64,000 nucleotides of DNA from assembly GCF_009914755.1 (NCBI RefSeq), contig NC_060925.1; one strand, written 5' to 3'. Positions 31,000-47,530 of the stretch are shown piece by piece (within the stretch, counting starts at the first letter, position 1; every line of letters begins with the position of its first letter). Made by a program: the position numbers and the translations under genes. The DNA is from the human T2T-CHM13v2.0 reference genome, Homo sapiens. The notes under the pieces are model-generated. The model saw only the letters and a list, made by a program, of their open reading frames with translations. It was not told the origin of the DNA and ran no database searches.

Positions 31000-31582
31000 C
31001 CAAAAAGGCTGCTTTAAATGATAACCTTCCCCAAAACTAAATTACCCCTGTAAAATGGATGAAAGGCCACCAAGTTAGAAGGATGAAAGGGGCCTGATTT
31101 CTACTAAGATGTATGCCTCGTTAAATAATTACCAGCCATTATTCCAGAAGTCACAAGATTGGCAGCTTCCCCAATTACTGCTGTGAAGAACATCACTATT
31201 GTAGAACCTAAGATTGGCCTCTTGAGATGTCTTTTCAGGCTTTTGCATTTCTGACTGCTGGAAGGCACCATCTGGCCCGAAAATCAACCAGTCCCTTAGC
31301 CCCCACCCAGAAGCTGACTCCATGCAGGAGGGCCATTTTCCACGCCCCTGTGATTTCATCCCCAACAATCAGCACCACGCAAGCCCTAGCCCCCTCCCCA
31401 CCAAACTATCTTTGAAAAACCCCTTACCTCCAAGCCTTCAGTGAGATTGCTTTGAGTAATAACTCTGTCTCCCACATGTCGTGGCTGGCCTGTGTCAATG
31501 AAACTCTTGCCTGCAGTGCCATGGTCTCCATGAATTGAATTTTTGTGTACATTGGTCAGGAAGAACCCATCAGGCGGTTACA
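31000..31582 (+). mobile_element. LTR8-like ERV1 LTR (3' part)
   Basis: ACATCACTATTGTAGAACCTAAGATTGGCCTCTTGAGATGTCTTTTCAG, ending ...GGCGGTTACA. Confidence 0.75.
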
Positions 31583-31870
31583 TCTGCAGGATGGTGCCAG
31601 TTCTTTCCACAAAGGCTGGTCAGATACCCAGAAAGCATTTCTCCACTACTACCTGGACAATGTGTCTCCCTGTCAATCTCCAGGGAATGGGGCCTGGATC
31701 AAGTATTTAGTATTCAGCAGTTACTACACTGTCACCTAATCCCTCATTTTCAATATTTTGCCATGCTTCCAGTGGCCTAACTGGCCACCATGCCACAGAA
31801 TCTTTACTTTAGGGTCTCCAAGGAGAACTCTCCACTCGATGTTTTGTGATTTGAGCAATGGAATAGAATC

Positions 31871-32418
31871 TGATACTGGTGGGCTGGGGGAGGTCCCTGG
31901 ACACTGGTGGGATCTCGACCCCAGCCGTGGTGTCCAGGCTCTTGACACCATCGCGAGAACAAAGTCAAAGATGAGTCAGCAGATAGTGAAAGAAGAGATT
32001 TATTGCAAAGCAAAAAGTACACACTCAAGAAAGGGGAGCTTGGGCATACCCAAGAGAGAATAATGGGTTCTGGGGTTTCATCTTGATGGGTTTCTTTAAC
32101 CAAGGAGTGGAATGTTCACGAAAATTCCTGGGTAAAGGTGGAGATTTCTTGGAACTGTGGTGCCATTTGTACATCAAACACTGGTCTCAGAACTGTCATG
32201 GCACTGGCGGGTGTGTGATTTAGTATGTTAATGAGCATATAATGAGGGCCTAGGTAAAACCTCCATCCAATCCAGCACCACGTTGGGTCCACTCAGCCTT
32301 AGCCAGCTTGGTCCACACCCTGGTTTTTCAGCGTCTTAACAGCCCACAGCCTCAAGTCATGTAAATCTGCTGCCTAGAATTTGTTATCCTGTGACCACCC
32401 TGTAGTATTCCTGTCTGA
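31871..32418 (-). mobile_element. Solo ERV1-class LTR
   Basis: TG start, 4-bp TSD AATC (31867-31870 and 32419-32422), minus-strand AATAAA near 32000. Subfamily not assigned. Confidence 0.65.
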
Positions 32419-33060
32419 AATCTACTTGTAAATATTCAAATGGTCTTTCACTTGGGCATTCCAACTTTGCTTACTTCACAGTGTTTCCTGCGTAATATAT
32501 AAGAAAAGATGATCCAGACATTTGTTAAACATCTCAAATAAGATGTAGCCCAGGTATTTGTGTCAAATTTGGATTATTTTGGTTTCGTCTTTGCAGAATA
32601 TAAAAAACTAACATGAGGTAAGCACTAAGGTGTGGAGATGGCTGTGCAAGAGATGACAAAGTCCAGCACCACGCTTGAGAGTGTCCAATCATCTCTTCTG
32701 GGACAGCATATTTTTCTACAATACGGATTTTTGCAAAAAAAACAACATCAAAAAAAAAAAAAACCTACAAGATTCATGAAACTGGACAACTGTCTTTATA
32801 ACATTACCAGTGATAAAACCAGTAAGGAAGGCTGGTTTGCAGTCATCTGAGCAGCCTCTTTACTTTCATAAATATGGTTTCTCTCTGATATTAAACGGCT
32901 TCCAATTGCAAGCGGAATGCTGCATCACAAGGATAAGGATGTGAAGAGAACCGGTTTCTTTTGTAATCCGAAACATTCTAGTCTGCGAATTAAAAGCCAT
33001 TATTTGAAGAAGGATGCCCCGGCTCCATCTGGCCACCGAAAGGTTGCTCCTTAACACAGG

Positions 33061-33453
33061 CTAAGGACCAGCTTCTTTGGGAGAGAACAGACGCAGGGGC
33101 GGGAGGGAAAAAGGGAGAGGCAGACGTCACTTCCCCTTGGCGGCTCTGGCAGCAGATTGGTCGGTTGAGTGGCAGAAAGGCAGACGGGGACTGGGCAAGG
33201 CACTGTCGGTGACATCACGGACAGGGCGACTTCTATGTAGATGAGGCAGCGCAGAGGCTGCTGCTTCGCCACTTGCTGCTTCACCACGAAGGAGTTCCCG
33301 TGCCCTGGGAGCGGGTTCAGGACCGCTGATCGGAAGTGAGAATCCCAGCTGTGTGTCAGGGCTGGAAAGGGCTCGGGAGTGCGCGGGGCAAGTGACCGTG
33401 TGTGTAAAGAGTGAGGCGTATGAGGCTGTGTCGGGGCAGAGGCCCAAGCTCTC
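33061..33453 (+). promoter_or_regulatory. U1 snRNA promoter: DSE octamer-like ATGTAGAT (33235-33242) and PSE (33390-33413)
   Basis: Matches the well-known human U1 promoter (CTAAGGACCAGCTTCTTTGGGAGAG...AAGTGACCGTGTGTGTAAAGAGTG) at the expected spacing. Confidence 0.95.
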
Positions 33454-33617
33454 ATACTTACCTGGCAGGGGAGATACCATGATCACGAAGGTGGTTTTCC
33501 CAGGGCGAGGCTTATCCATTGCACTCCGGATGTGCTGACCCCTGCGATTTCCCCAAATGTGGGAAACTCGACTGCATAATTTGTGGTAGTGGGGGACTGC
33601 GTTCGCGCTTTCCCCTG
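33454..33617 (+). ncRNA. RNU1: U1 spliceosomal snRNA gene, canonical 164-nt sequence
   Basis: ATACTTACCTGGCAGGGGAGATACC...ATAATTTGTGGTAGTGGGGGACTGCGTTCGCGCTTTCCCCTG with intact Sm site. Copy number (RNU1-x) cannot be resolved from sequence alone. Confidence 0.99.
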
Positions 33618-33627
33618 ACTTTCTGGA

Positions 33628-33641
33628 GTTTCAAAAACAGA
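33628..33641 (+). terminator. snRNA 3' box
   Basis: GTTTCAAAAACAGA, 10 nt downstream of the U1 3' end. Confidence 0.93.
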
Positions 33642-34772
33642 CTGTACGCCAAGGGTCATATCTTTTCTTGTATTGGTTTGTGTCTTGGTTGGCGTCTTAG
33701 GTGTTAATCCTACAGTAGACGGTTGGGGAATAGGAAGTAACATGTGGCCTGCACGCCATAGGAGAAAAAGCGAGCATCAGCCGTATCGGCTTTGTAACAC
33801 AAATTAGCTATCGTGAAGTCCGCTCAGCTCTTCCCTTTCTACCCTGGCTGCTTTTTGCAGGGATTGGTCCGTGGTCTCCAGTCTCTTGGGTTCTCACCCT
33901 GTGTGAAAATCTTCCTGTTTTTCCCTACCCCCCAAGTCACCTCTTACACAGCCTCTGCTTCCAAACGCAGCCCCCACAGGAGTTTGTAGGATTTCTGTGC
34001 TAGCGGGGAATGTGTTCTCACCTCATAGAGCCAGGTAGAAATTATGCAGATGGGCGCTGTTCTCTGGGAAGAAAGCAGGGCCTTTGGGGCTCTCAGTGTC
34101 CCCGTTGGGTTGTAGACAAAACACGCTTACTTTGCGTAGGGGAACGGCTCTGCCGGCCCCCAGGTGCCCTAGCGCATATGCACGGAGGCCCGCAGGTCAG
34201 AACCGCAGTCTCACCTGTCTTGGCGGAAATGCCCTGCGATCCTCCCGGAGATAGAAGGCGGGAAGTTTTATGAGGAGCCGGTCCAGTTTCCCTACTATCT
34301 CCTGCAGTTCATATATCTAGTGTTTCTTCAGACTTTAAGCGACTGCTTCATGTTTGATGTCTCACTCCCACATCCTACATCCACTGCCAGGCAACTTTCT
34401 AGATAGCACCGTGACCCATCCTTCCCACCCCCAAGAAGCCCTTTCCTATTTCTGGTGCCAGTGTCCTCCCCAGTCCCTCTTTCTTCAGGCCCTCGCTTAT
34501 CACCTTCATGGACAGAAAATACTTAGCTCTCTCTCAACCTGAGGTTTACACCTGACACGCGTCAGTGCCCTGGCAAATTCCTTAATACCCCTTCTCAAAT
34601 GGCACTGTAAATCATCTCTTTTTAACTCCCAGAACTATCTAATTGGTTTTGTCCCTGCACTACATGAATACTAGTATTCCACTACAGAGGAAAACCCCAG
34701 GCCTAGCGATAGCGGTTCTGGGCATTGTGCCAGCCTCTCCCAGGGTATGTTTTTTGACCTCACCTACTTTTG

Positions 34773-35080
<308 letters not shown>

Positions 35081-35229
35081 TTATTGGAGACAGTAGAATC
35101 CTGCGTCCAACAGGCACTTGGTGCAGATCTGAACCCATTGAGCTATTGGCTCATGTTCCCTATGTTCTATTAAGTATCATGAGCAGAAATTGAGCCCTTT
35201 GGCTTTTACCCACTGAGTATGGCTATAGG

Positions 35230-35234
<5 letters not shown>

Positions 35235-35270
<36 letters not shown>
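35235..35270. repeat. (TC)n microsatellite
   Basis: Visible dinucleotide run. Confidence 0.9.
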
Positions 35271-36351
35271 ATTCTTTGCATCATTATTTTTTGCCATCAG
35301 TGTGGGTTTTTGGTTTTGAGGTTATGAAGTGAATTTCTGGGGACAATCTCTGTTGGGTCGTGTTGACAAGGATCCAGTCCCTGTTTGGTGATACATGACA
35401 GCTAATCTGGTCTGTGAGTCTTCTTTATTGTCTATTTATTGTCCTGAGAATAATGGCATTTCCTGATATTTGAGACTGCAGCAATGATAAGTTGTTCAGA
35501 TCTTGTCTTTCCAATGTTTGGTAAACATTTTATAGGCCCAATTGTTGTCAATATCTGCAAGAGTGGCATCTCTGTTACAAGAGTGATCTTACTACTCGAT
35601 GTCCCCCCTCCCACCCAACTTCGTTTCCTAGGGGCTCTTGGCTTTAACGAATTTACTGTATCTAAAAGACATCTTAGTACAGGAAGAAAACTGAATCTGT
35701 AGCATGTAAGGAGCAGTTTTATTTGATTGGTATATTCAGGTTTCTAACCAGCTGAAAAATTCAAATACATGCCCTTTAAGGATTAAGTTTAAACCACACT
35801 ACAGAAAGAGAAAAGATTTATATGATCACATATAAGCAATGGAATCAGCAATATGAGTACTTTTCACAACTATACAAATCAAATTTAATAATCTCCAGAA
35901 CATTAAGGAAGTTCAGCCCTTAATGGAAATGAATGAAAAGCAATTATTCACCCACTGTTACATGCCCTGGAAAGAGAATGTCCTGCCAGACTCAAAAGAG
36001 TATCACAGTGTTACTCAGATTTTCAGCAATGAAGGCCCTCCAAGGATCTAATGATGTTCATCTTTTCAGTTTATTTCCTTCACTGATAAACATTGTTAAT
36101 AGATACCATTGCCTCTGTTTTCACTTTAAGTGATGTTACTTAGCACAATTCGTTTCTTTAGAATGCACCCTAGTTTGGTGGAAGGAATTTTCCTGCTTTA
36201 TAAATATAGGATATTTTCTCATGAAACAAATTGGCATACTCTTTCAGTGAAGTGAATAGACAAATTAGATCTCTACAATTGTAAAGGAGTCACTGCCCCA
36301 ATTATCTTAGGAACAATAATAATCACTTATATAAAATTAAAATAAGAAAAT

Positions 36352-38400
<2,049 letters not shown>

Positions 38401-38952
38401 AAAACCAAACAACAACAAATTGCCACCTCACTCTGAAATGACAGTGGCAAACATCACTTTGCTATTGACAAATTAAAAGAAAAACACTCCCTCTTGCTAT
38501 CAACCTGGACTCTTGCTCTAACATGTCTGACCCATGGTTTAAAATGCCCAAAAGCTGATGTCCTCAAATTATAATACACTTACCTATTCTGCACCAGCAT
38601 TTATTTTTGTCTGGAGGAGATCACCATCCATGGTCCTGTAAATGTCTAACAGCATGGAATGATGAAGGGCAGTGTCTTTTAGGATATTTGGTTATATCTA
38701 TATATATGGCTCTGAAGAAACCCAACACTGGGCGAGTTCCCTCAAACTTTTCACTAGGCATGACCACTGCTGTATTTTAGATAGAGATTCTGTGGGGCAA
38801 AACCTGAGAATTATCTGCCTGGCTATCAAGACGATAGCTCCTTGCATTTTTTGGGGGAGAACACTTTTGCTTCAAGGGAGTGTTTCCTCCCAGGATTAGA
38901 AATCTTTCTGTAACCTCAGGAAACATTGCTGATGAAAACCAGGCATGGTGTG

Positions 38953-39553
38953 CTGTACAACTTGTAGTAATAAGGCAGAAGTTAAAAGGAAAAGACAGGT
39001 TTCCCTGTACTTGGCTGACTCCAAGACCTGCCATAGATAGAGCCCTAGCAGATCCTCGGTAACACGATCTGAAAAGTCAGAGCCCCGAGGAGTGAGTTCC
39101 GGAGACTCTCTCAACACAGTAAGCCCCTAGCAAAGATAAGAGGAAAAAACAACAAATGCCTTTACTACCTTCTCTTTCCCCCTTCCCATTTCTAATTATT
39201 CAAGTTTTGTTAAGTTCTTGATTTCCCTTCAGTGCAGCTGCAAGGTCACCAGCTATACTTGCATTGCAAGACCTGTGACAGTTTGATTAGCTGCCTTTGT
39301 TCTGCTTCTATAAGCCCTCTTGCCTGCCCCCGAGTTTCATGCCATCAAATTCCCGCCGCGCCATTCAAACTAGCCAACCCCCTTTCAGAAGTGTGTATAA
39401 AGTTAAGCCCTGTCTTTGTTCGGGGCTCAGCCTTTGGATTTTCATCTGCTGGGCCTCAGTGCAGTCAATAAATCCTCCTGTTCCACCCATTGGTCTCTCT
39501 GTTCTCCTGATTCCCACAACAGTAGTAGGGGACTGCGTTCGCACTTTCCCCTG
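38953..39553 (+). pseudogene. Ancient U1 relic split by an LTR (left 38953-38970, right 39522-39553)
   Basis: Right piece GTAGTAGGGGACTGCGTTCGCACTTTCCCCTG is 30/32 identical to the U1 3' end. Left piece CTGTACAACTTGTAGTAA is 13/18 identical to CTGCATAATTTGTGGTAG, and all differences are transitions. Confidence 0.8.
38971..39521 (+). mobile_element. Solo ERV1-class LTR inserted into the U1 relic
   Basis: TA(G)...CAACA termini, TATAAA at ~39396, AATAAA at ~39467, and imperfect 4-bp TSD GTAA/GTAG. Subfamily not assigned. Confidence 0.8.
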
Positions 39554-40110
39554 GTCTTTCATGGTATGAATAATGGACAGCATTTTTTTTTTTCGCCTAT
39601 AGTCGCAGGCTCGGTCTCAGTGATTGTATGCTGTGGTCAGCTGTTTTTGTTTTTGTGAGACCTTGTTTTCTTGTTTACTGTCCTGGGACAGATGTCTGTA
39701 GTCACTTGTTTCCTCGGGAGGCAAATTTCAGTCTCTGTGGGGGAGGTCTCCCATGTTAGCTGTGGTGGTACTTGGCAGGCAGAGCTCAGGGATCTAGGCT
39801 TCCGTGCTTTGTAGATTGCTCAATGGTCCCCAAGGCCTAGTGGCTTTTAACACCACTTGAAAACCTTAGTGTTTTTCCACTGTCCCCAGAGTCACCTCTT
39901 ACACAGCCTCTTTTTTTGTTTGTTTGACTTATTCTCTGAGAGACAGTCTCACTGTATCTGGTGGCATCTTGGTTGAATCAATCCTCCCACCTCAGCCTCT
40001 GGAGTAGCAGAGGCATGAGTCACCACAGCCGGCTAATTTCTGTTCTTGTTTTTGTTGTTGTGGTGGCTGTCTTGTTTTTTTAAGAATTGAAGTTTCTCTG
40101 TGTTGCCCAG

Positions 40111-40383
40111 CCGACGTGCTCCCGGTGAAGGAGGCCGCCTGCCTGGGGGCGGGCTGGAGCCACGTCCCAGGGCTGGGGGCGCTGTGGGCACTGTGGGTGC
40201 CGCACCCACCGCTGCCCGGCACCGGAGGCCAAGAGAGCGTTCCCGACGGGCTCCGCGGATGCCCCGCCGTGTCCTGCTGCCCATCCTGCCCGGGTTGTCG
40301 CGGGCCGGGGGCACGACAAGAGGCCGGGGTCTGCCCGGACGCAGCTGTCCCTCCACCAGCCGGGGTCCCCTCGCTCAGCCCAT
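40111..40383. other. GC/CpG-rich segment of unidentified origin abutting a truncated Alu
   Basis: Abrupt switch from Alu sequence (TGTTGCCCAG) to CpG-dense sequence. Confidence 0.55.
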
Positions 40384-40388
40384 GAGAC

Positions 40389-40736
<348 letters not shown>

Positions 40737-41455
40737 AGAAGTGGGCATTAATATGCAGGCACCGTATAGGGCAACATCTGTGTGCACCTCTTACAAATCT
40801 TAATGCTGTGTATATGAGGGGGTTCCTTCGTGTACCCCTGGGGATGTTTGAGGTTGCCTGTATGTGTTATGTGTGTGCATATTTTTAAGCTCAGATATGC
40901 ATAGGCGGATTGACACCTCTGTTTGAATGTATTCCCATGAGCTCATGCCATTAATTCACCATCACAAGAAATATTTACCGAGCGTGAGCCATGCCATTCC
41001 ACAGCCACCATTATAGCACTAAGATACAACGAGGAACAAAAAATCGAGGCTTTCTGAGCTCACACTGGGGTGGGGGCATGGTGGGAAGACACAGGCATCA
41101 ATGTAATAAACAGAAACCACGACAGGGCTAAGTGTTCTGGAGGAGAGGCACATGGTGTACTGAGGCCCCTGACGTAGACCCCAGGTGCACCTTTGAGCTT
41201 TGCTTGCATGGTTTGGGTTTGTGGGCTCACCTGCATGTGTCCATGCATGCCCCATCTGCGTGCTCGTGCATGGCTGCATCACCCCATGCACACGTGCACT
41301 GCCCCTGGGCTTGCCCACATGTGCTGCTCCCCAGGGCGCCAGGCTATCAGCCTACAAGGCATTGTGGGTCTGGGCCCAGCCTGCCACCCCCTACAGAGGC
41401 CTGAGCCTGCCTTCCCAGGAGGCCCAGGACTCTCACCCAGGGCCCTTCCCTGCAG

Positions 41456-42184
41456 CTGGAGCAGGCTCTGTGGCTGGAATCTGGTGAGCTGGAGATGCAA
41501 GAGCCCAGGGGGCTGGTACTCCAGAGCGTGGAGTTGCGGAGGCAGCTGCAGGAGGAGCAGGCCTCCTAGTGGCGCAAGCTGCAGGCCTACCTGGAGGGCC
41601 AGCAGCGGCAGGCCCAGCTTGTGCAGCGGCTGCAGGGCAAGGTCAGGGCCACCCATTCCTGCTCTTTCCCTCCCACGTGTTCACTTTGCCCTGCCCCCAC
41701 CCCTGGGGCTCACCATCAGCTCCCAATCCCCAGATTCTCCAGTACAAGAAGAGGTTCTCGGAGCTGGAGCAGCTGTTGGAGAGATCCGGAGAGCTGGAGC
41801 AGCAGCAGCTGAGGGTGGGTGCCAGGGTGGGGCAGAGGCAGGCCCTGCCCTCCACCTGCCCAGCCTGATGCTTTAACCTCTCTGCCACCCAGGACGCAGA
41901 GCACAGCCAAGACCTGGAGAGTGCCCTCATCTGGCTGGAGGAGGAGCAGCAGGGAGGGCCAGGGCTCGCAGCATGGCCCCCTGGGCGAGCGCCTACTGAT
42001 CCCCTGTGCCCCATTCAGGAGTGCCAGCCTGGCCCAGGTGAATGCCATGCTCTGAGAACAGCTGGACCAGGCAGGTTTGGCCAGCCAGGCTCTGAGTGAG
42101 GAGATACGAAAGGTGACCAGTGACTGGACTCGCAGCTGCAAGGAGCTGGAGCAGTGGGAGGCGGCATGGAGGCGCGAGGAGGAG
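41456..42184 (+). pseudogene. CROCCP: Rootletin (CROCC) pseudogene fragment with four exons: 41456-41641, 41734-41814, 41893-~41954, 42019-42184
   Basis: Exons encode LEQALWLESGELEMQEPRGLVLQSVELRRQLQEEQAS*WRKLQAYLEGQQRQAQLVQRLQGK / ILQYKKRFSELEQLLERSGELEQQQLR / DAEHSQDLESALIWLEEEQQ / SASLAQVNAML*EQLDQAG...WRREEE, matching the rootletin N-terminal coiled coil. Stops are TAG at 41567-41569 and TGA at 42053-42055, and the third exon lacks a GT donor. Confidence 0.93.
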
Positions 42185-44285
42185 GTGGGCATGGGGGTGC
42201 AGGGAGGCCGGCGATATAAGAGGAAGATAATGCACAATTATGCTAGTGAGACTCTCTTTTCCAATAATGTTTGCACTTCTCAATACTACATTTAAAAAGG
42301 AAATAGTAGCACTTGAACGGTTAAGTAAGAAGATGAACAAAATTGAACAGAGGAAAAATAACTGTCTGAAGACATGTTGAAAATACATTTAAAGACAGTG
42401 TGTCTGAGACAGGAGCTGAGCTGGCCAATCCATCTTTTAAATAATTGAACATCATTCAGGTGTCAAGTATTTGACCTGGAGCCTGGAAGGGGAGGAGAGA
42501 GTCCAAAAAAAAGTCCAAATATAAAGAAAAAAAATTAAAGAACTTGTCCCACAAATCAGGCAACCAAGGTCTAAACTTATACCCTCTGCCTGGGTAAATT
42601 GTTGTTGCTTCTTTCTGTGACTCTTAAAAGATGTACCATATACCTCATTTAATGACTTTGATTTATTCATGAAAACTCTATCCCCATGGGAAAAGCTGTT
42701 AAATGAAAAAAGATTTCTTTTAAGTAGAAAAATTATGAAAGGATTCCTTCCAACCCTCCATACCCAAAATATCTCAAATGAATTATATAGCTATCAATTA
42801 TCAATATATATCAAAATATATCAATTAAAAATATCAGTTAAACAGTACGTCAATTGAACTATGAAAGCAAGCTTATTTAAGTAACAAAGAATAACGTGAA
42901 GGTTAGTAAGTATAGCTTATACTTAAAATACAATGAATTGAAAGCTCATCGCACTTCATAGAGTAGGAAGAAGAAACTTAATAGAAAGTGGTAGTTGGGG
43001 GAGAAGGACTGCAAGGGAGTTATTTGGAAAATGCATTTTTTATTTCTGCATCATTTTGTTCACAAATTATTCTTAATCTTTTGTGAATTTGTGGATTTCT
43101 TGAACTCAAACCAGACTTAAAAATACAGTTATAGCACAGAAAAAAATCTTTCATGGCAAAATAAAAGCTAAGCAAGAGAGCCTTTCAAAACACATGAAAA
43201 TAACACACACATACAAAAAAAAAAGAATAAAGAGATGTACAAGTGACACCTCCTCAACCTTCTCACTTGGTGTACATACGCACAGTAAATTATTTTGGGC
43301 TCAGCCAAGCATGGGAGCAATTCAAATAGATCCATATGATAGTCTCTGATTAGAAACTCTTGTGGAGTAAGTTGGTGAGTGTATCTTTGCCTAAAACAGT
43401 CATGTCAAAATATAGCTTTCTATAGCATATTTATTTAGTATCATTTTGGTGAAAAAGTGGTTATACAGAATAGAAAAGAGTTGTCCAAAACTAAGTGGTT
43501 GACCTTTCCAGAGCCATTACCTGCAGAATTGTTATGTAAGTCTGTTCCATACTCATAAAGGAATACTCAGCTGACCCAACTGATTTTCTCGTGTTTTTTC
43601 CTTCAAGGGCTAGTAGAAGTCTATATGTTGTGGTGGAAAACAACCTCAGCCCTATAGTCCAACATTTGCCTATCAAAACTTGTCCTATGATTTATAAAAC
43701 TAGAACCTCACTGGTAAGTCACATTCCTAGAGTCTCCCCCATCCCTAACCCCAGTCACGGAAAATAAATCAAATCATTGTCACTCTTTCTTAACAAAGAG
43801 TATACATTTAAAACTTGAGTAAAATTACAGGTACCGTCTGGGGCCTTCAAGGGGGAACTTGAAGTCTCAATACCGCAGTTGTCCAATCAGAGGATCCAAG
43901 ATGAATATACTCAAGGACTTTATGCTTGGCATCCTCTGGAGACAGTACATAACCACCAGCTTGGTTTAACTGGAGATTCATTTGGGTTAGGAGAAATTAT
44001 GTAGGCAATGTACTTAGTCAATGGAGGCCTCATGCCTGAAGACTTACAAGAATCTGAATTCGTATGTTACTTTTCCTTTAATGGAGTGGAATTCCAAATG
44101 AAAATAATCAAACAGCATGTGCATAAACATTAGATATAATACCCACATTTACAAAGCCTTTATAGATATGCAAGTCATATTGTGTCTGTCCCTAGCTTCT
44201 GTACAGAATTTAATGGGTAGCTGTTACTATTTTATTGCCGTATAAAAATGAGGAAACTGATAAGTTGTCTAAAGGTGCACAATCA

Positions 44286-44774
<489 letters not shown>

Positions 44775-45134
44775 TCACCATAATATTCACTATTAAGTGA
44801 GGGAAATAGAAATAATTTACTTAGCAAATCCTTTCTAGTTCAAATAATTTGTATACAGGCTGTGCAAACATAATAATGAGAGATTCTTTTTAGTCATCTT
44901 GCTTTATATCACTAATTACACTCTTATTTAATGATATTTTAAAGAAAAACGTGTTTATTTTCAAGTAGAAAACTCATATCTGTCCACCAAGGAAAGCTGT
45001 AACAAATGTAAAATACATAAAAAAGATAACTGCTAAATTTCTAAAGCATTCCAAAAAAAGACAAATAGAAGGGTGTCAGATTAGGAAAGTATGTCTTGTA
45101 AGGTGTAACGGACAGACTGATGAGCTTAGAGATG

Positions 45135-45312
45135 TGGATCTCAAAGTGGTTCTCAGAGCAACAGCATCAGGGTCACCTGGGAACGTGTTAGAAATGCAGA
45201 TTCTCAGGTACCATCCCACATTTAATGAATCAGAAGCTCAGAGTAGAGACCAGCAATTTGTTTTAACAAGTCCTTCAGGGATTCTGATACAGCTGATGTT
45301 TGAGAAACACTA
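45135..45312. mobile_element. MER5A DNA transposon
   Basis: CAAAGTG...CAGCATCA...CACCTGGGAAC.TGTTAGAAATGCAGATTCTCAGG...TTTTAACAAG...GATTCTGAT...TTTGAGAAACACT. Confidence 0.85.
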
Positions 45313-46779
45313 GCTTTAGGTAAACGTAAGAGGGTCACGTTAGTATTTTTAAATCATTGGAAGTTGGTTTGTTTTGTTTTTTCTTAAGTGGGACTCATTT
45401 ATACTTCAATACACAGAATGGATATTTAGAGGAAGTCGTTTTTGACCTAACACAGATGAGCATTTCCAATTGAATAGCGCTTTCTGATAATGGGGCTGCC
45501 CACTACAAGTGAATAACTGGGTTTCTCTAGGCTGGAGCTGCAGACAGGTCACTATGTGTATGGAGGATTGTATTAATATGATCGTGGCTCTTTATAGCTC
45601 TGCATTACTAATATTCTGTTTTAAAGTCTCTCCTCAATATCCAATGTCTCTGTGTGAATGATGGTAAGGAGTGGGTAACAGTAACAATCATCCTGTTGTT
45701 GACAACAGATGATAAGAGAAAGCCCAACTTTACACTCTGTATAATCTTACACCAATGCCCCATTCCTCGTCTAATTTTTTTTACATGTTAACACATGACC
45801 TTGGCATTACTAAATAAGAAGCCCTCTCACTTAGAACCCGATGCAGTATGATAAAAATTATTTTGAGAACAATCAGGAGCTCTAGTTTTCAATTCTGCTT
45901 CTCTTCTCAAGTAGTTCTGTGCCTTAGTTTCTTCTTTGTAAATTTAAATGGTTGGAACAGAGGATCTGTTAAGTGTGATTCAAGCTGAAATTGTATGTAG
46001 CCCACACTGAGTTTCTCTGCTATACCCCTAACCCATTCAACAATCACACCACCAGTTTTCAGGACTCACAGTAGGATAGCCGTCTATCATTTGTTAATAG
46101 GTGTGCTCTTTCATCCAAACAAGAAACTCATGATTTCTGCAGTTTTTTATTCTAGCCAGGTTCTAGGTGCTGGCCTGGAACTATAAAACAAACATTTCAC
46201 AAAAAGTTATGACAATATACAAAGGAAAGACAATTTCTTTGAATATCCATAATCTCAATATGCAGTCTGGCTGTGGATGGCCAAGAGATAGTTTCCTTAA
46301 CTGGAAAAAGCTTTTAAATGAGGCTTGGTGGAAGATATATCTTTGCATCATTACAAAGAAGAAAAAAGAGAAATCTCACAACTGAAGAAAGTGAAATCCA
46401 CTTTACTTAATGCGGACCTCTGTCTCTGGTGTGCAGGTCCTCTGTGTCCAAAGATAATTAGCACTTTATAATGCTAATTATTATAATTATGTCTGAGAAA
46501 AAAATCATTAGGGGGTAGGCCCGTTCACTGATTTTCAACTGCCCCCTCTATTTAAAAATAAGGTCATTTTTCTATGAAATAGCTTTAGGAGCTCAAAGCA
46601 GAAAGAGGGTTATAGAAAATCCTGTGTAGGTATAAGCCTGAGTTTTTAATATTCTTATAATTCTGTGATGTGTCTGGAAACTGAACCGGGAGGAAAACAG
46701 TGAACCTATTTAGTCCAGGAGACTAGAAATCAGGACTCAGAAGAGTAAACATTTCTGTAATAGTTAGTCCTCAAATAGT

Positions 46780-47530
46780 CATTCATTGACCTTCCACTGG
46801 GTGTCTCGCAATGTGCAAGCTGCTTCTAGATGCTACCTCATGTAACAACCATCACAGTTGCACAGAGCAAGTACTAGTACTCCACTTTCATAGATAAAGA
46901 AGTAAAATCTTAGAAATTAGCTGCCCAATGTCATGTATGTAGGAAAGGAAAGCTGGATTCTGATTCATATTTGCTGGCTCCAAAGCACTTTTGTAAATAC
47001 TTCACTATCCTGTGCTTACATGTAAATGTACCATTTCTCTTAGGGGTCTTGAAATACTGAATCAAAGAATGGTGTAGGGGAAGGGCAGTTTAGAAATACC
47101 TGGAAATTTGGTTGTTTGAAGGAAGCCCCCTCTCAGATGGTAGGAGATCAATCTAACAGAATAGCTGAGAATATTTTCTGAGGCCCCAGAAGTATAAAAA
47201 TGGTCTAGGGGGGAAAATTTGGGACACAGAGTGAAAATAGCCTGCCTCTGAAGACCAGCTTCATTTCTTCCCCTCTGGGTGTTAATGAAAGAGCCTTTAA
47301 CTTTGCCAGGCCTCAGTTACTAATTTCTAAAACAACTGCTGCTACTATTACTACGGATCTTACTGCTACTATGACCACCACCACCACCACATCAGTTACT
47401 GAGAACTGAACTAGATGCCAAGAAATATGGTAAACACTTCATATACATTATCTTTTTAAACACAAAATGTACTATTAATCCAGTTTTACATATAAGAAAA
47501 CTGAGGCTCAAAGAGGCTAAGTAATTTGTA
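46780..47530 (-). mobile_element. MIR fragments (~46780-46990, ~47400-47530)
   Basis: CCAGTTTTACATATAAGAAAACTGAGGCTCA MIR core and related motifs. Confidence 0.65.
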
